Source: an uncultured bacterium (lineage in GTDB: Bacteria; Fidelibacterota; UBA2242). Taken from it: a DNA stretch of 64,000 nt. Position numbers and translations under genes: made by a program. Shown piece by piece: positions 10,001-18,286 of this stretch (the first letter of the stretch is position 1; every line of letters starts with the position of its first letter). The stretch is from NCBI GenBank assembly GCA_964589175.1, contig CAZPRY010000014.1:6779-70778 (forward strand), read 5' to 3'. Under the pieces are notes generated by a model. It was given only the letters and a program-made list of their open reading frames with translations. It ran no database searches and had not been told where the DNA came from.

Positions 10001-10298
10001 CATTATCGCGGCTTGGCTTCTGCTTTGGGCTTCGTTCTCCCTCTTCAAATACCCAATACGAAGTAGGCACGTTGCTCCAGGTATCGGCAGCGGCCTGGAT
10101 CGCCGTTGTATAATCTTCACTCGTATCGACGTTTAGCTGATACTTAAATGGAAGGTATTGACGGCCGTCCGCGTATTGCAGATATCTCCGGTACGTTCCG
10201 GCAACGTTACTGAAAATCGAAAAAGCAAAGACCATAGTGCTTAGCATCAGCACCAGGCCGATTATTATTATCCCGGTTATGGGTTGGATCTTTTTCAT
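7044..10298 (-). CDS. T9SS-secreted zinc metalloprotease, metzincin/matrixin-like (HEFGHHLGLGH, Met-turn ATMYGY), with type-A CTD.
   Basis: Signal peptide MKKIQPITGIIIIGLVLMLSTMVFA. HExxHxxGxxH motif. C-terminal NYPNPFNP…LEIYDLRGNRV…GVYFYRL…KMLFMK. Confidence 0.8.
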   Translation of the reverse strand: MKKIQPITGIIIIGLVLMLSTMVFAFSIFSNVAGTYRRYLQYADGRQYLPFKYQLNVDTSEDYTTAIQAAADTWSNVPTSYWVFEEGERSPKQKPSRDNVNLIYFDTNDSSENFEPNTDVIAFSMTWTNGVGEDYHAVESDLVWNARDFPPSSNPDNCPSDTMDLQSVVTHEFGHHLGLGHAGEHGSPPGVGELVPQATMYGYGAPGDTAKRSLHPQDVAGISEIYPVWQISGTIADSANLAPLGSSYILIKSGSAVRMQALELVSTGDRSVYEWPGYIATDSLFVRTDGSFSFTSLTQDIQLEFNCFFYHSEVQEVHFNSPGGIEETEVIAMDIRLQSRPGVKVVGLVADKMNAMPISARLEFFSASNPGNIPVQVVLTDSAGNYKTTLPEGRYSLAVYPRPPYPQERAEDITISSDGLVYDLRLSPADVLLIDSDEGEDDWAMVPPLFESAGATVHLWDNFKEGQFITWQQVSTFPAPITVLWLNQERTTPFFQSEKNLLDSLLTNSGNLFLSGNHVGSLLADSVFLRQKLHSSFWAKSANQYLKGITDDPIGQNQLMMITTLESQKDVLLPDADLRTVPVFQVIGSNGYGMIRHESDAHLIVAGFVFEDIFDGSQMMVSKTQLLQRSLAWFHEENQSPSKAEITLPVADDVYTLTSLNLDLAVDWNAAVDPQGDDISYVLRISSDSSLVDGILISQESNTDSAGFSFQMPCELVGPNGTATLYAVVWATDGAHYTPSAITPYRIKFEIPPSAPEEFELLEPVDSADWVIKSEGDMRLFRWNASFDANCDPVYYEFQVAEDQAFTGMVFSATVYPDSEFVFSGANLLSRYGDDSDVILYWRVIAGDGEFEQTSAVRELMIRIRINHAPEVPALLSPVRGDTLVFESGAASYLFRWSGGDPDGETVYYDFALFADDPAIVDTTRKLNIIESQTQITLADFPGYPLEYGRVLPYRWSIAARDSSGAMVASDAFEVFVLSYVAVAVDNENSIPLAFSLDQNYPNPFNPLTQIGFSLAQAGQVSLEIYDLRGNRVRTILARHFAAGRYNVIWDGTDRNGQRVANGVYFYRLTAPEFTAVRKMLFMK

Positions 10299-10309
10299 AT
10301 TCGAAGCAC

Positions 10310-10852
10310 CTATTCGCTAATCGTACGGATACGGTTAATGAAGTCTTTGAAGAGCACCTGAGTGAGTTCAGGAGCCCGGCTGGATTTTTTCGCCAGGTCG
10401 ATCCCGAAGATATCTTCGGCCGGCATGATCGTGCGAATTTTTTTCTCGCCGCCCGCCTTATCCGTATAAATCGTAAACTTGCCCAGCTCCATCGATTCGA
10501 TCCGGTAGCGCCCCCGGAACCGGCGCACGAACAGAATGACTTCATCACCGGGCGCCAGCAATTCCACGCCGGGTACTTCCAGACCGGTATCCCCAACATG
10601 GCCGCCCAACTGCGAAATCGTAATTCGATTCTGGGTCCAGCTGCCTTTCAACACTTCATTGATCTCGACTTCCGCCTCGGTCCAGATGAACTCATGCTTC
10701 TCGTCCCAGTCCGCCCGGGTACTCTGTACGGAGCCGTAGATAACCAGATCGGTATTGCGTTGCAGTTTCTCCAGCGTTGTCCGCCGGAGCGTCAACGAAA
10801 AGAGCAGAAAGGGCAGGGATAAAAGCATAACCACAAACAATGTTTTCTTCAT
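10310..10852 (-). CDS. Small secreted hypothetical protein, co-oriented immediately upstream of the metzincin.
   Basis: 180-aa ORF with signal peptide MKKTLFVVMLLSLPFLLFSL. Only 11 bp from the metzincin start. Confidence 0.5.
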   Translation of the reverse strand: MKKTLFVVMLLSLPFLLFSLTLRRTTLEKLQRNTDLVIYGSVQSTRADWDEKHEFIWTEAEVEINEVLKGSWTQNRITISQLGGHVGDTGLEVPGVELLAPGDEVILFVRRFRGRYRIESMELGKFTIYTDKAGGEKKIRTIMPAEDIFGIDLAKKSSRAPELTQVLFKDFINRIRTISE

Positions 10853-10971
10853 AAATAACCTTACTTTTATTTCGCAGCACGATAGACGATCGACAAAGCG
10901 CGCAAAATCACCGGTAATCTAACCAATTTGGTTTAAGAAATAATCAATTATTTGCCCGAAAGAATATTGAA

Positions 10972-10999
10972 GAAAAAAAAGGGAGTCCCGCGGACTCCC
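10972..10999 (-). terminator. Rho-independent terminator after the 702-aa cargo gene.
   Basis: gggagtcc-gcg-ggactccc hairpin flanked by an A8 tract on plus, i.e. T8 on minus (T-tract on both sides). Confidence 0.75.
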
Positions 11000-11023
11000 T
11001 TTTTCATATAAAAAGCCTGATGC

Positions 11024-13132
11024 TTATTTGATAAAAAACATCTTGCGGATCGCATTGAAGTCATTGGCTTTCATCTCGTAAAAATAGATGCCGGCCGCGA
11101 CTTCCTGACCGTACATGTCGATCCCGTTCCACTCCACCGTATGGAGGCCGGCATTCTGCCTGGCGTTCACAAGATCGAGCACCTTGTTGCCCAGCAGGTT
11201 GTAGACCGAAATCGTCACATTGGCGGTCTTCGGAACCGAATACTGGATCTGCGTTCCGGGATTGAACGGATTCGGGTAGTTCTGTTGCAGCGAATACTCC
11301 GCCGCTACTGTGGGACCCTCCTGAATGTCGGTTTTGGTAATATCCAGCCAGGTCAGCGAGTTCTGCAGCAAGGTCTTGAATTTGCTGAAATCGGAGCACA
11401 ATTCGATCGGGAAAGCGTAGGTGATCGTGCGGAAATTCGAACCGGCTTTCCGAATCGCCATACCGTTGCTGGCGTTCTTTTTCTCGGTGAAAATCTGCAC
11501 AGCATCGGCATTGGCCTGAATATAATCACCCCAATTCGACCAGCTCATCAGGTCGTAATCGATCACGCCGTAGGTATCCGGCGCCGGGAAATTCTTCGTG
11601 ATAGCATCACCACGGACACCGTACATTTCGATATCGGCGCTGCCGCCGTTGTCACCATTACCGTCGTCGTCCGGATCGTTCGAATAGGTGCCGATGCCCA
11701 GGTAATCATAGGCAAAATCACCGGCGCTGAAAGAGCCCGTAGCCGGCATGCCCCAGGCAAAGAGATAATCCATGTCCACCAGCATCAGGTTGTTGCCGGC
11801 ATCCAGGAAGGCCTTCACATTATAAAAATCTTCGCTGGCATCGCTGCTGATCGGGAGCAACTCCGTGCCCCAGCCGAAATCGATGATGGTATGGAAGCCC
11901 CAGTGAATAACGGACAGATCGACGCCGTCATGCTCGGCCATATCCCAGAGAAAATAGCGGTAGCCCAATTCGTCCAGGGCCATCGTATAGAGTGAGTCAT
12001 TGCTGCGTCCGCTGTCATTGAGCAGTAGAAGAGCAGTGCGCGGGTCCGGTTCGGGGACCCGCAGAATATCATAGTCATCGGAGGTCTTGGACAGGCCGTT
12101 CATATCCACGGCTTTGATATAATAATTGAGCGTATCGCCCACCGGCAGATCGATCGTACCCGTGTAGAGATCGCCGGCGACCAGCGCCATCGAGACCGAA
12201 TCCCTATTGTCTTCGTCGCTATTCCACCAGTACTTAATCCAGGCATTGAACTGATCGCCGTCCATGTCGATGATCGTGGCCTGAATCGTGGTCTGCTGCT
12301 CGAAGGTATCCGACGGTTCGAAAACTTCTTCGACAACCGGCGGTACGGCGGCGTATTCGACCTCGATCTGCATCATGTGGAAAACAAACTGCCGTTCACC
12401 GTCGACATCCGCTCCCCAGTTGAACCAACCGGAATGGGCGCCCTGGCTATGCAGGGTTGAGAGACTGCGCGATTCCTCGTGATAATCGTTATCCTGTAAA
12501 ATTTTGGGGTTACCGGTGCCGTCCAGCGAATAGCCGACCCAGCAGTAGCGATCGTCATCGTCCAGATAGATGCCCTGACCCAAAACCTGGGTCAGATCCA
12601 GGATATTCCAGGTCGGCGTCCATTTACCGGAAGTAAACTGCTCGGTCGGGGTCTGGGCGGCGCAGGACAGCGGAATCCCGAAAGGAACTTTCATTTCGCA
12701 GTCATAATCGCCGGGATAGGTATACCAAAGCGAATCCCAGTTGACGGCGTTCCAGATATAGCAGGTTGCCGTTCCGGCCGTCTGGTTCTGCATGAAAAAT
12801 TTATTGATCGTTCCCGGCGCCAGCAGCGTGAAGCGATGGATACAGGTATCGTTGGCCGATTGGTAACCGCCCAATCCATCGTCATAATCGGCATAATTTC
12901 TGGGCACAGTGTAATAGTAGAGCGTATCAATGATCGTGCTCTTGCTGCCGTTCGGATTGGCTTTTACCGATAGGCTGTGGTAAATATCGCCGGTTTTAAT
13001 CAGGGCCTTATCTTTGGAGATATGCAGGACTTCTTCCTTTTCCCCGATTTTTCCCTCGCGCGCCATCAGTAAAGCGGTAGCGGAGAACAAAAACACGGAA
13101 AAAACCAAAAATACAACTAACAATTTCCTCAT
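11024..13132 (-). CDS. T9SS cargo protein, paralog of 22..3084 (type-A CTD).
   Basis: Signal peptide. Shared LLLLNDSG…VIHWGFHTII…GDFAYDYLGIG core. C-terminal NYPNPFNPGTQIQYS…VYNLLGNKV…GIYFYEM…KMFFIK. Confidence 0.75.
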   Translation of the reverse strand: MRKLLVVFLVFSVFLFSATALLMAREGKIGEKEEVLHISKDKALIKTGDIYHSLSVKANPNGSKSTIIDTLYYYTVPRNYADYDDGLGGYQSANDTCIHRFTLLAPGTINKFFMQNQTAGTATCYIWNAVNWDSLWYTYPGDYDCEMKVPFGIPLSCAAQTPTEQFTSGKWTPTWNILDLTQVLGQGIYLDDDDRYCWVGYSLDGTGNPKILQDNDYHEESRSLSTLHSQGAHSGWFNWGADVDGERQFVFHMMQIEVEYAAVPPVVEEVFEPSDTFEQQTTIQATIIDMDGDQFNAWIKYWWNSDEDNRDSVSMALVAGDLYTGTIDLPVGDTLNYYIKAVDMNGLSKTSDDYDILRVPEPDPRTALLLLNDSGRSNDSLYTMALDELGYRYFLWDMAEHDGVDLSVIHWGFHTIIDFGWGTELLPISSDASEDFYNVKAFLDAGNNLMLVDMDYLFAWGMPATGSFSAGDFAYDYLGIGTYSNDPDDDGNGDNGGSADIEMYGVRGDAITKNFPAPDTYGVIDYDLMSWSNWGDYIQANADAVQIFTEKKNASNGMAIRKAGSNFRTITYAFPIELCSDFSKFKTLLQNSLTWLDITKTDIQEGPTVAAEYSLQQNYPNPFNPGTQIQYSVPKTANVTISVYNLLGNKVLDLVNARQNAGLHTVEWNGIDMYGQEVAAGIYFYEMKANDFNAIRKMFFIK

Positions 13133-13185
13133 GATTTACTCCTCTTGTAGGTTATTTTACATTCAACTATTTATAATAATTATGC

Positions 13186-14247
13186 TCAATAAGCTATCTC
13201 AATGCCGATCCGCTGGATGGGCTGCAGGTATTTGTGCGACTCCCAGGCGTACTCGATCCAAAAATCCTTGCCGGTAAATTTGCCGAAATTGATACCACCG
13301 CCGAAAGTCAATCCTTTCATATTCCCGCCGAGTTCTTCGTCATCAGTATTGGGCTTCAACAGGGCAATCAGGTTGGCATGTCCCAGCGCCAGGTAGAAGA
13401 GACCGGGATAGCGCCATTCCAGAGCGCTCAGGATGGTCTCCTTTTGATCGACGGAGTTGGCGGCTTCGAAATTATAATCCAGGAAACTCGTTTTGCCGAG
13501 CGGGAATTGCATTTTAGCGGCGATATGAAAACTCATCGGCAGCGAGTATTCCTCGGATATCAATTCATACTTCACATCCTCCTCGGCGAAGGGATTCTCC
13601 GAATCGGTCATCAGGCCCTGCAGACCTTCCCCCGCATAGCGCATATCCGGGCCGAAATTGCGGATCGCGAAGCCGATTTTCAGGTTGGCGAACAAGCCGG
13701 TCTTGTACATCGCCCCGACATCGCAGGCCCAACTGGTGGCGCTGACTTTGGCCAGGTTCTGGTTCACCAGTTTGATACTCACGCCGCCGTCGAATTTGTT
13801 TGTCATCGCCCGTGCGAAGGTGACTCCGACGGCATAATCGTTGGCCGTAAAGTAAGCGCCCGTGCCCTCGTCTTCGTACTCTGTCGTCTCTTCGATATCG
13901 CCGCTCAACAGGCCGATCCCGTAAAATCCCAATGTCCCGAAACTAAGTGGAATAGCCAGGGCGATATTTTCATATTTCATGCCGGCGAAGTAGTTCGCAT
14001 GTGAAACCGCCACCGAACCGCTGGTGATGCTCCGGATACCAGCCGGATTCCAGAACATGGCCTGGGCGCTCCCATCGGAAGCCGTATAGGCGCCGGCCAG
14101 CGCGACCCCGCGTGTGCCGCCGAATATCTGGAGGAATTGCGCCCCGGCGCTGCCCTGTCCCGCGGAGGCCAGCTGCAGCCCGAAAAAACCAAGCAGAACT
14201 GTCGTTTGTAAAATCTTTTTCATATTCTCAACACTTCTATTTATCAC
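13186..14247 (-). CDS. PorV/PorQ-family outer-membrane protein (T9SS shuttle/channel family), copy 1.
   Basis: Signal peptide. N-terminal GAGAQFLQIFGGTRGVALAGAYTA…AMFWNPAGI signature typical of PorV/LptO-like FadL-fold proteins. 353 aa. C-terminal aromatic residue. Confidence 0.7.
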   Translation of the reverse strand: MINRSVENMKKILQTTVLLGFFGLQLASAGQGSAGAQFLQIFGGTRGVALAGAYTASDGSAQAMFWNPAGIRSITSGSVAVSHANYFAGMKYENIALAIPLSFGTLGFYGIGLLSGDIEETTEYEDEGTGAYFTANDYAVGVTFARAMTNKFDGGVSIKLVNQNLAKVSATSWACDVGAMYKTGLFANLKIGFAIRNFGPDMRYAGEGLQGLMTDSENPFAEEDVKYELISEEYSLPMSFHIAAKMQFPLGKTSFLDYNFEAANSVDQKETILSALEWRYPGLFYLALGHANLIALLKPNTDDEELGGNMKGLTFGGGINFGKFTGKDFWIEYAWESHKYLQPIQRIGIEIAY

Positions 14248-14283
14248 TTCAATTATCCGACATTCTATCCCCGTTTGCCAACC

Positions 14284-17200
14284 TCACGGTCCCAAAATCA
14301 CGGCGATTTTTCCAGTGTGCGTCAGGGTTTCGCCGTTGATTTTCGCCTCGACATAGTAGAGATACAGACCGCTGGCGACCTTCAGTCCTTCGTAATTGCG
14401 CAAATCCCAGGAGAGCGTGCCGTACTGATCGAGCACCTCGTTGGCCTCCACAATCCCGTTTTTGCGGAGATGCGCCACCATATTTCCGGCTACATTGAAA
14501 ATACGCACATGCACGGGATTGTCGATGGTTCCCAACGGCATATGCCGGAAATCGATATGCTGCGTGTAGCGGTCGGTATCCCAGATCGCCCGGACATAAT
14601 AGGGATTCGGGACAACCTTGATCTGATTCATGTCGACCTTTTCCACCGGGGTGTTCATATTGCTGGTGCCGAACCGAAAAATATCTTCGGTCGTAATCGG
14701 CCGGGAGGTGAAGATGTACAGGGTATCATCTTCCGACGGAATGTCCAGGTAATCCGCAGTCGCCAGGTTGGTATCAATCGGTACGAATACGACTTCAAAG
14801 GCAAAGGGATTGATGGCCTTCGCTTCACGCGTGGCCTCCGTCAGAATACGGGCGGTATTGATATTCAAACTGTCATAAGGCGCGCTCTGTTCGATGCGCC
14901 AATCGATTAGTCCGTCGATAATGAAGGCGCCGTTGGGATTGAACATGCGGCTTGTGACACCCAGGGTCCGGTTCCAGGCTTTCCACGGTACGCGCTGATT
15001 AGGTTTCGCGAAACTGGCGTAATCGACCATCGCCGTGGCGGCACCCGTATCCGGAAAAGTGATAAAATAATCGTACGGTTCGACCTGTCCCGGATTGATT
15101 TCGGTACGGAAGAGCGCCCCCTGATCGGAGGTCACGCCCCAGGCGACGGAATCGACCGAGAGCTGCGGCGAATCGACGCGGAACAGGAATCCGTGATCGA
15201 TCAGGGTCGAATCAGCGGCCAGTTCTTTAGCGGCATAGATACGCGGATTGTACTTGACCGTTCCGGTCAGCGTGTCCGGTCCCCAATCCATCACGCGCAA
15301 CTTCGAATACTGGTAATCGGCCAGAATCTTATTGGTCGATAAAAAAGTATTCTGATCCCGCTCCAGATTGATGACGCCTTTGCCGTAATGGATAACGCCC
15401 CGGACGGCGCCACCGTTGATCTGGCCCTGCAGATTGCCTAGGCTGTCATCCGTGACCGTCCCGGTTTCACCCTCAATCTGCAGGATTAGAGTACCCGGAT
15501 AGACATCCATCTCAGCAACCCGCAGCCGGATTGCGGAAGCATCGTTGCCGTTACCGAGTTCTTCGCCATAGATAGCCACAGGTTCCAGATCGCGATCCCA
15601 GAGGATACCATAATCCGCGCCCAGTTTGCTGCTGTTGGGATCTTCCTTGTAGAAGCGGATTTCGTAGGCATGCCCCTTAAGATTGCGATGATCCAGAATA
15701 CCGCGCGCAATTCTGCCGGTAGATTCACCTACATGCTCGACCCCGGTGAGTTCCGGTTCGCCGATCACTTCGAGCGGCTGATGCTGCGGTATCACGCTCT
15801 GAATATTCTGATAATAACTGCTCTCCAATGACGGGATGTTCAGATCGGGATAACCCTTGTCGTAAGAAGTCACCGCATAGTAATAAGTCATGCCGTCCGT
15901 CAATTCAGCGTCAACGTAGGTGTAGGCCAGATCCGTCTGGTTGCCGATGTCTTTCGTCAGATAGGTCTTTACCGTAAAGATATCACCGACGGCCGGTTTG
16001 AGCTTCTGCAGGGCTTTTTCCTCGTCTTCCACATCTACAAAGGGTTCGCCGCTATCCCAAATCCCGTTACCGTTCGAATCCGTAAACGGTTCGCCGCGGT
16101 CGCGGACACCGTTGCCTTCCCCGTCCTGATCCTTGTCCTCATACTGTCCGTTGGAAATCTGGATCAGCACGCCGTTGAAGTAGATATAGTATCCCGAACG
16201 ATAGATATCGTCCTGAGCCTTATTGGTACTGCGGTTTCCGTTGAAAGTTTTATACAACGTAAAGCCGTAGCCGTAGGTTATCGCAAAAAAGTTAAACGGC
16301 ACCAACTGCCGGTTGGTAACATCATAGATCACGACCCGCGTTGTGTCATAGTAATTGATGTTATCCGGTGTATAAGAAGTCTTAACCAGCTCAATAGTAT
16401 ATTCTGCCTCTTTGAATCTTTCGTAAAAGAGTTCCAGGAGTTTCTCATCCGTCTGGGTTCCAGACTCGATCGCCTGCAGGTCGCCCTCCGGCAGCAGGCC
16501 GGCCAGGCGGACGGTAGCATTGGAACTGCCGCGCGTATATTCAACCGTGGCGCTATTGTTCGTGCTGTCGCCCAGGACATCGTAATCGGCCAGGAGTTCC
16601 CAGCTGTCCTGCAGGCCGGACGTACTTTTATAGACCCGGAAGCCTTCGAAATCCTGTTGCCCGGTGTAAGGATCGATATCATCGAGCGGATCGCTCGTCC
16701 AGGAAAGATAGGCCCGGTGGTGTCCGGGGATCACGGTTAGTCCCGGCGACGAGGGCGGTTCGGGACCGATAAAACCGGAATTGTACTTCTGGACGGCCGC
16801 GCGCGTATTGCTCTTCAATTCAGCCAGGGAAGCGCCGCCGACAATGGCCAAGGTCACACTGATCTCTTCACCCGGATTCAAGCGTTTCACCGGTCCGGAG
16901 CTGGTCAACTGGCGCACATCCTGCGGATTTTCGTAAACCTCGAAACTGTCCACCAGGGCCAGTTCGGCGTATTTCAGGTGATCGGTGGCATCGTCGTCGA
17001 CATCACCGGGAAAGCCTTCGCTGACACCCAGATCGGAGCGAATCCAGGTCTGAAAACCGGTCAGCCCGATCTGCTTCAGTTCGCCGTCGATCGTGTCTTT
17101 GGGGGTTTCCACAAAGATCGATCCTATATAACCGGCCGAGGTCTGCCAGCCGGTTTCCATAAGATCGAAATCGTAGGAGTAGCCCAGGTTCAACTGCTTG

Positions 17201-18264
17201 TCGAATCCAATCAGATCATCGTCCGCAAAGCCGATATCGTTATCCATGAAATAACCGATAAAGACCGAATCCAGCGGGAAGCTGTTCATGTTTTTAATCT
17301 TATAATTGATGTAAAGATAGTCGTCAATGCTCCATGAGTAGGTGCGTTGTTCGACGCGCACGCCCAGCGGCCGGACATCATATCCCGTAGTCCATAGAAA
17401 ATCGGCGTAGCGATCGTTAATATAATCGCCGAAAACCGTATAAGTATCTTCATCAGAAACGATATCGCCGACCACATTGCCGGCCTGGTCTTTCCGGAAC
17501 GGATTCAGCAGAATCAACCCGGGATCCAGGCTGCTGTTTTCAGCCAACACCTGCCGGCGCTTGGCATTGATTTCCTCATAATCCAGGCGATAGATCGTAT
17601 CCTGTTCGGTATAACCGTAGACATCGCCAACCCGTGGTGCAAAAAACGCCCAGACATCCTGATATTCCTCGATATTTTTGTTTTTTTGCCCAAAGAGAAA
17701 CTGCCCTTCGTTGGTCGGACTTTTACCGTCTGTCTGTCCGTTGATCGTTTGGTTGGACTGCCACAGGCGGGCCACTGTGCTCTGGTCGGAATAGTAGGCC
17801 GCGGCTGCTACCCTGACATTCGAGAATGTACGGGTACCGCCTTTATACTCAATGATGACCGGTTTATCATCCGGCGTATTAAAATTGGGCGACTTGGCGC
17901 CGATCCACAATCCGGCGCCCCAAACGTAAAATTGGTTCGTGCCGCGTGGAAATTCCGCCGTGCGCCCGTTGTAGAGACCATAGCCGGTCGGCCACATGCC
18001 GTCGTAGCCGGTCCAGCCGGGAGGCGCCTCGAACAGGCCATTCTGGCCGGTATTGCTGATCGTATATTTCGTAAGGTACCCGGCGCCAACCCAGGAGATC
18101 ATGGTCGACGGCGGCGTCTCCGCCGTGATCTTGGCCAGCGGGGCCCGGTTCACGTCATGCAGCAGCGCGCCCGGTTTCAGACGCCCGAATCCGTATCCCG
18201 TCAGAACTGCCGAGACCAGCAGCAGGCCGGCGCTCCGTTTTATCCATACATTTCGTAATAACAT
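14284..18264 (-). CDS. Very large secreted protein (1326 aa) with variant T9SS CTD (VVPNPYY…GKIAVILGP) and thrombospondin-type-3-like Asp/Gly-rich repeats.
   Basis: C-terminal roughly 100 aa are shared with 21763..25035 and 26289..29450. Internal NGNGVRDRGEPFTDSNGNGIWDSGEPF calcium-binding-like repeat. Confidence 0.7.
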   Translation of the reverse strand: MLLRNVWIKRSAGLLLVSAVLTGYGFGRLKPGALLHDVNRAPLAKITAETPPSTMISWVGAGYLTKYTISNTGQNGLFEAPPGWTGYDGMWPTGYGLYNGRTAEFPRGTNQFYVWGAGLWIGAKSPNFNTPDDKPVIIEYKGGTRTFSNVRVAAAAYYSDQSTVARLWQSNQTINGQTDGKSPTNEGQFLFGQKNKNIEEYQDVWAFFAPRVGDVYGYTEQDTIYRLDYEEINAKRRQVLAENSSLDPGLILLNPFRKDQAGNVVGDIVSDEDTYTVFGDYINDRYADFLWTTGYDVRPLGVRVEQRTYSWSIDDYLYINYKIKNMNSFPLDSVFIGYFMDNDIGFADDDLIGFDKQLNLGYSYDFDLMETGWQTSAGYIGSIFVETPKDTIDGELKQIGLTGFQTWIRSDLGVSEGFPGDVDDDATDHLKYAELALVDSFEVYENPQDVRQLTSSGPVKRLNPGEEISVTLAIVGGASLAELKSNTRAAVQKYNSGFIGPEPPSSPGLTVIPGHHRAYLSWTSDPLDDIDPYTGQQDFEGFRVYKSTSGLQDSWELLADYDVLGDSTNNSATVEYTRGSSNATVRLAGLLPEGDLQAIESGTQTDEKLLELFYERFKEAEYTIELVKTSYTPDNINYYDTTRVVIYDVTNRQLVPFNFFAITYGYGFTLYKTFNGNRSTNKAQDDIYRSGYYIYFNGVLIQISNGQYEDKDQDGEGNGVRDRGEPFTDSNGNGIWDSGEPFVDVEDEEKALQKLKPAVGDIFTVKTYLTKDIGNQTDLAYTYVDAELTDGMTYYYAVTSYDKGYPDLNIPSLESSYYQNIQSVIPQHQPLEVIGEPELTGVEHVGESTGRIARGILDHRNLKGHAYEIRFYKEDPNSSKLGADYGILWDRDLEPVAIYGEELGNGNDASAIRLRVAEMDVYPGTLILQIEGETGTVTDDSLGNLQGQINGGAVRGVIHYGKGVINLERDQNTFLSTNKILADYQYSKLRVMDWGPDTLTGTVKYNPRIYAAKELAADSTLIDHGFLFRVDSPQLSVDSVAWGVTSDQGALFRTEINPGQVEPYDYFITFPDTGAATAMVDYASFAKPNQRVPWKAWNRTLGVTSRMFNPNGAFIIDGLIDWRIEQSAPYDSLNINTARILTEATREAKAINPFAFEVVFVPIDTNLATADYLDIPSEDDTLYIFTSRPITTEDIFRFGTSNMNTPVEKVDMNQIKVVPNPYYVRAIWDTDRYTQHIDFRHMPLGTIDNPVHVRIFNVAGNMVAHLRKNGIVEANEVLDQYGTLSWDLRNYEGLKVASGLYLYYVEAKINGETLTHTGKIAVILGP

Positions 18265-18286
18265 CCGTAATATTCCTGTTCTTTAA

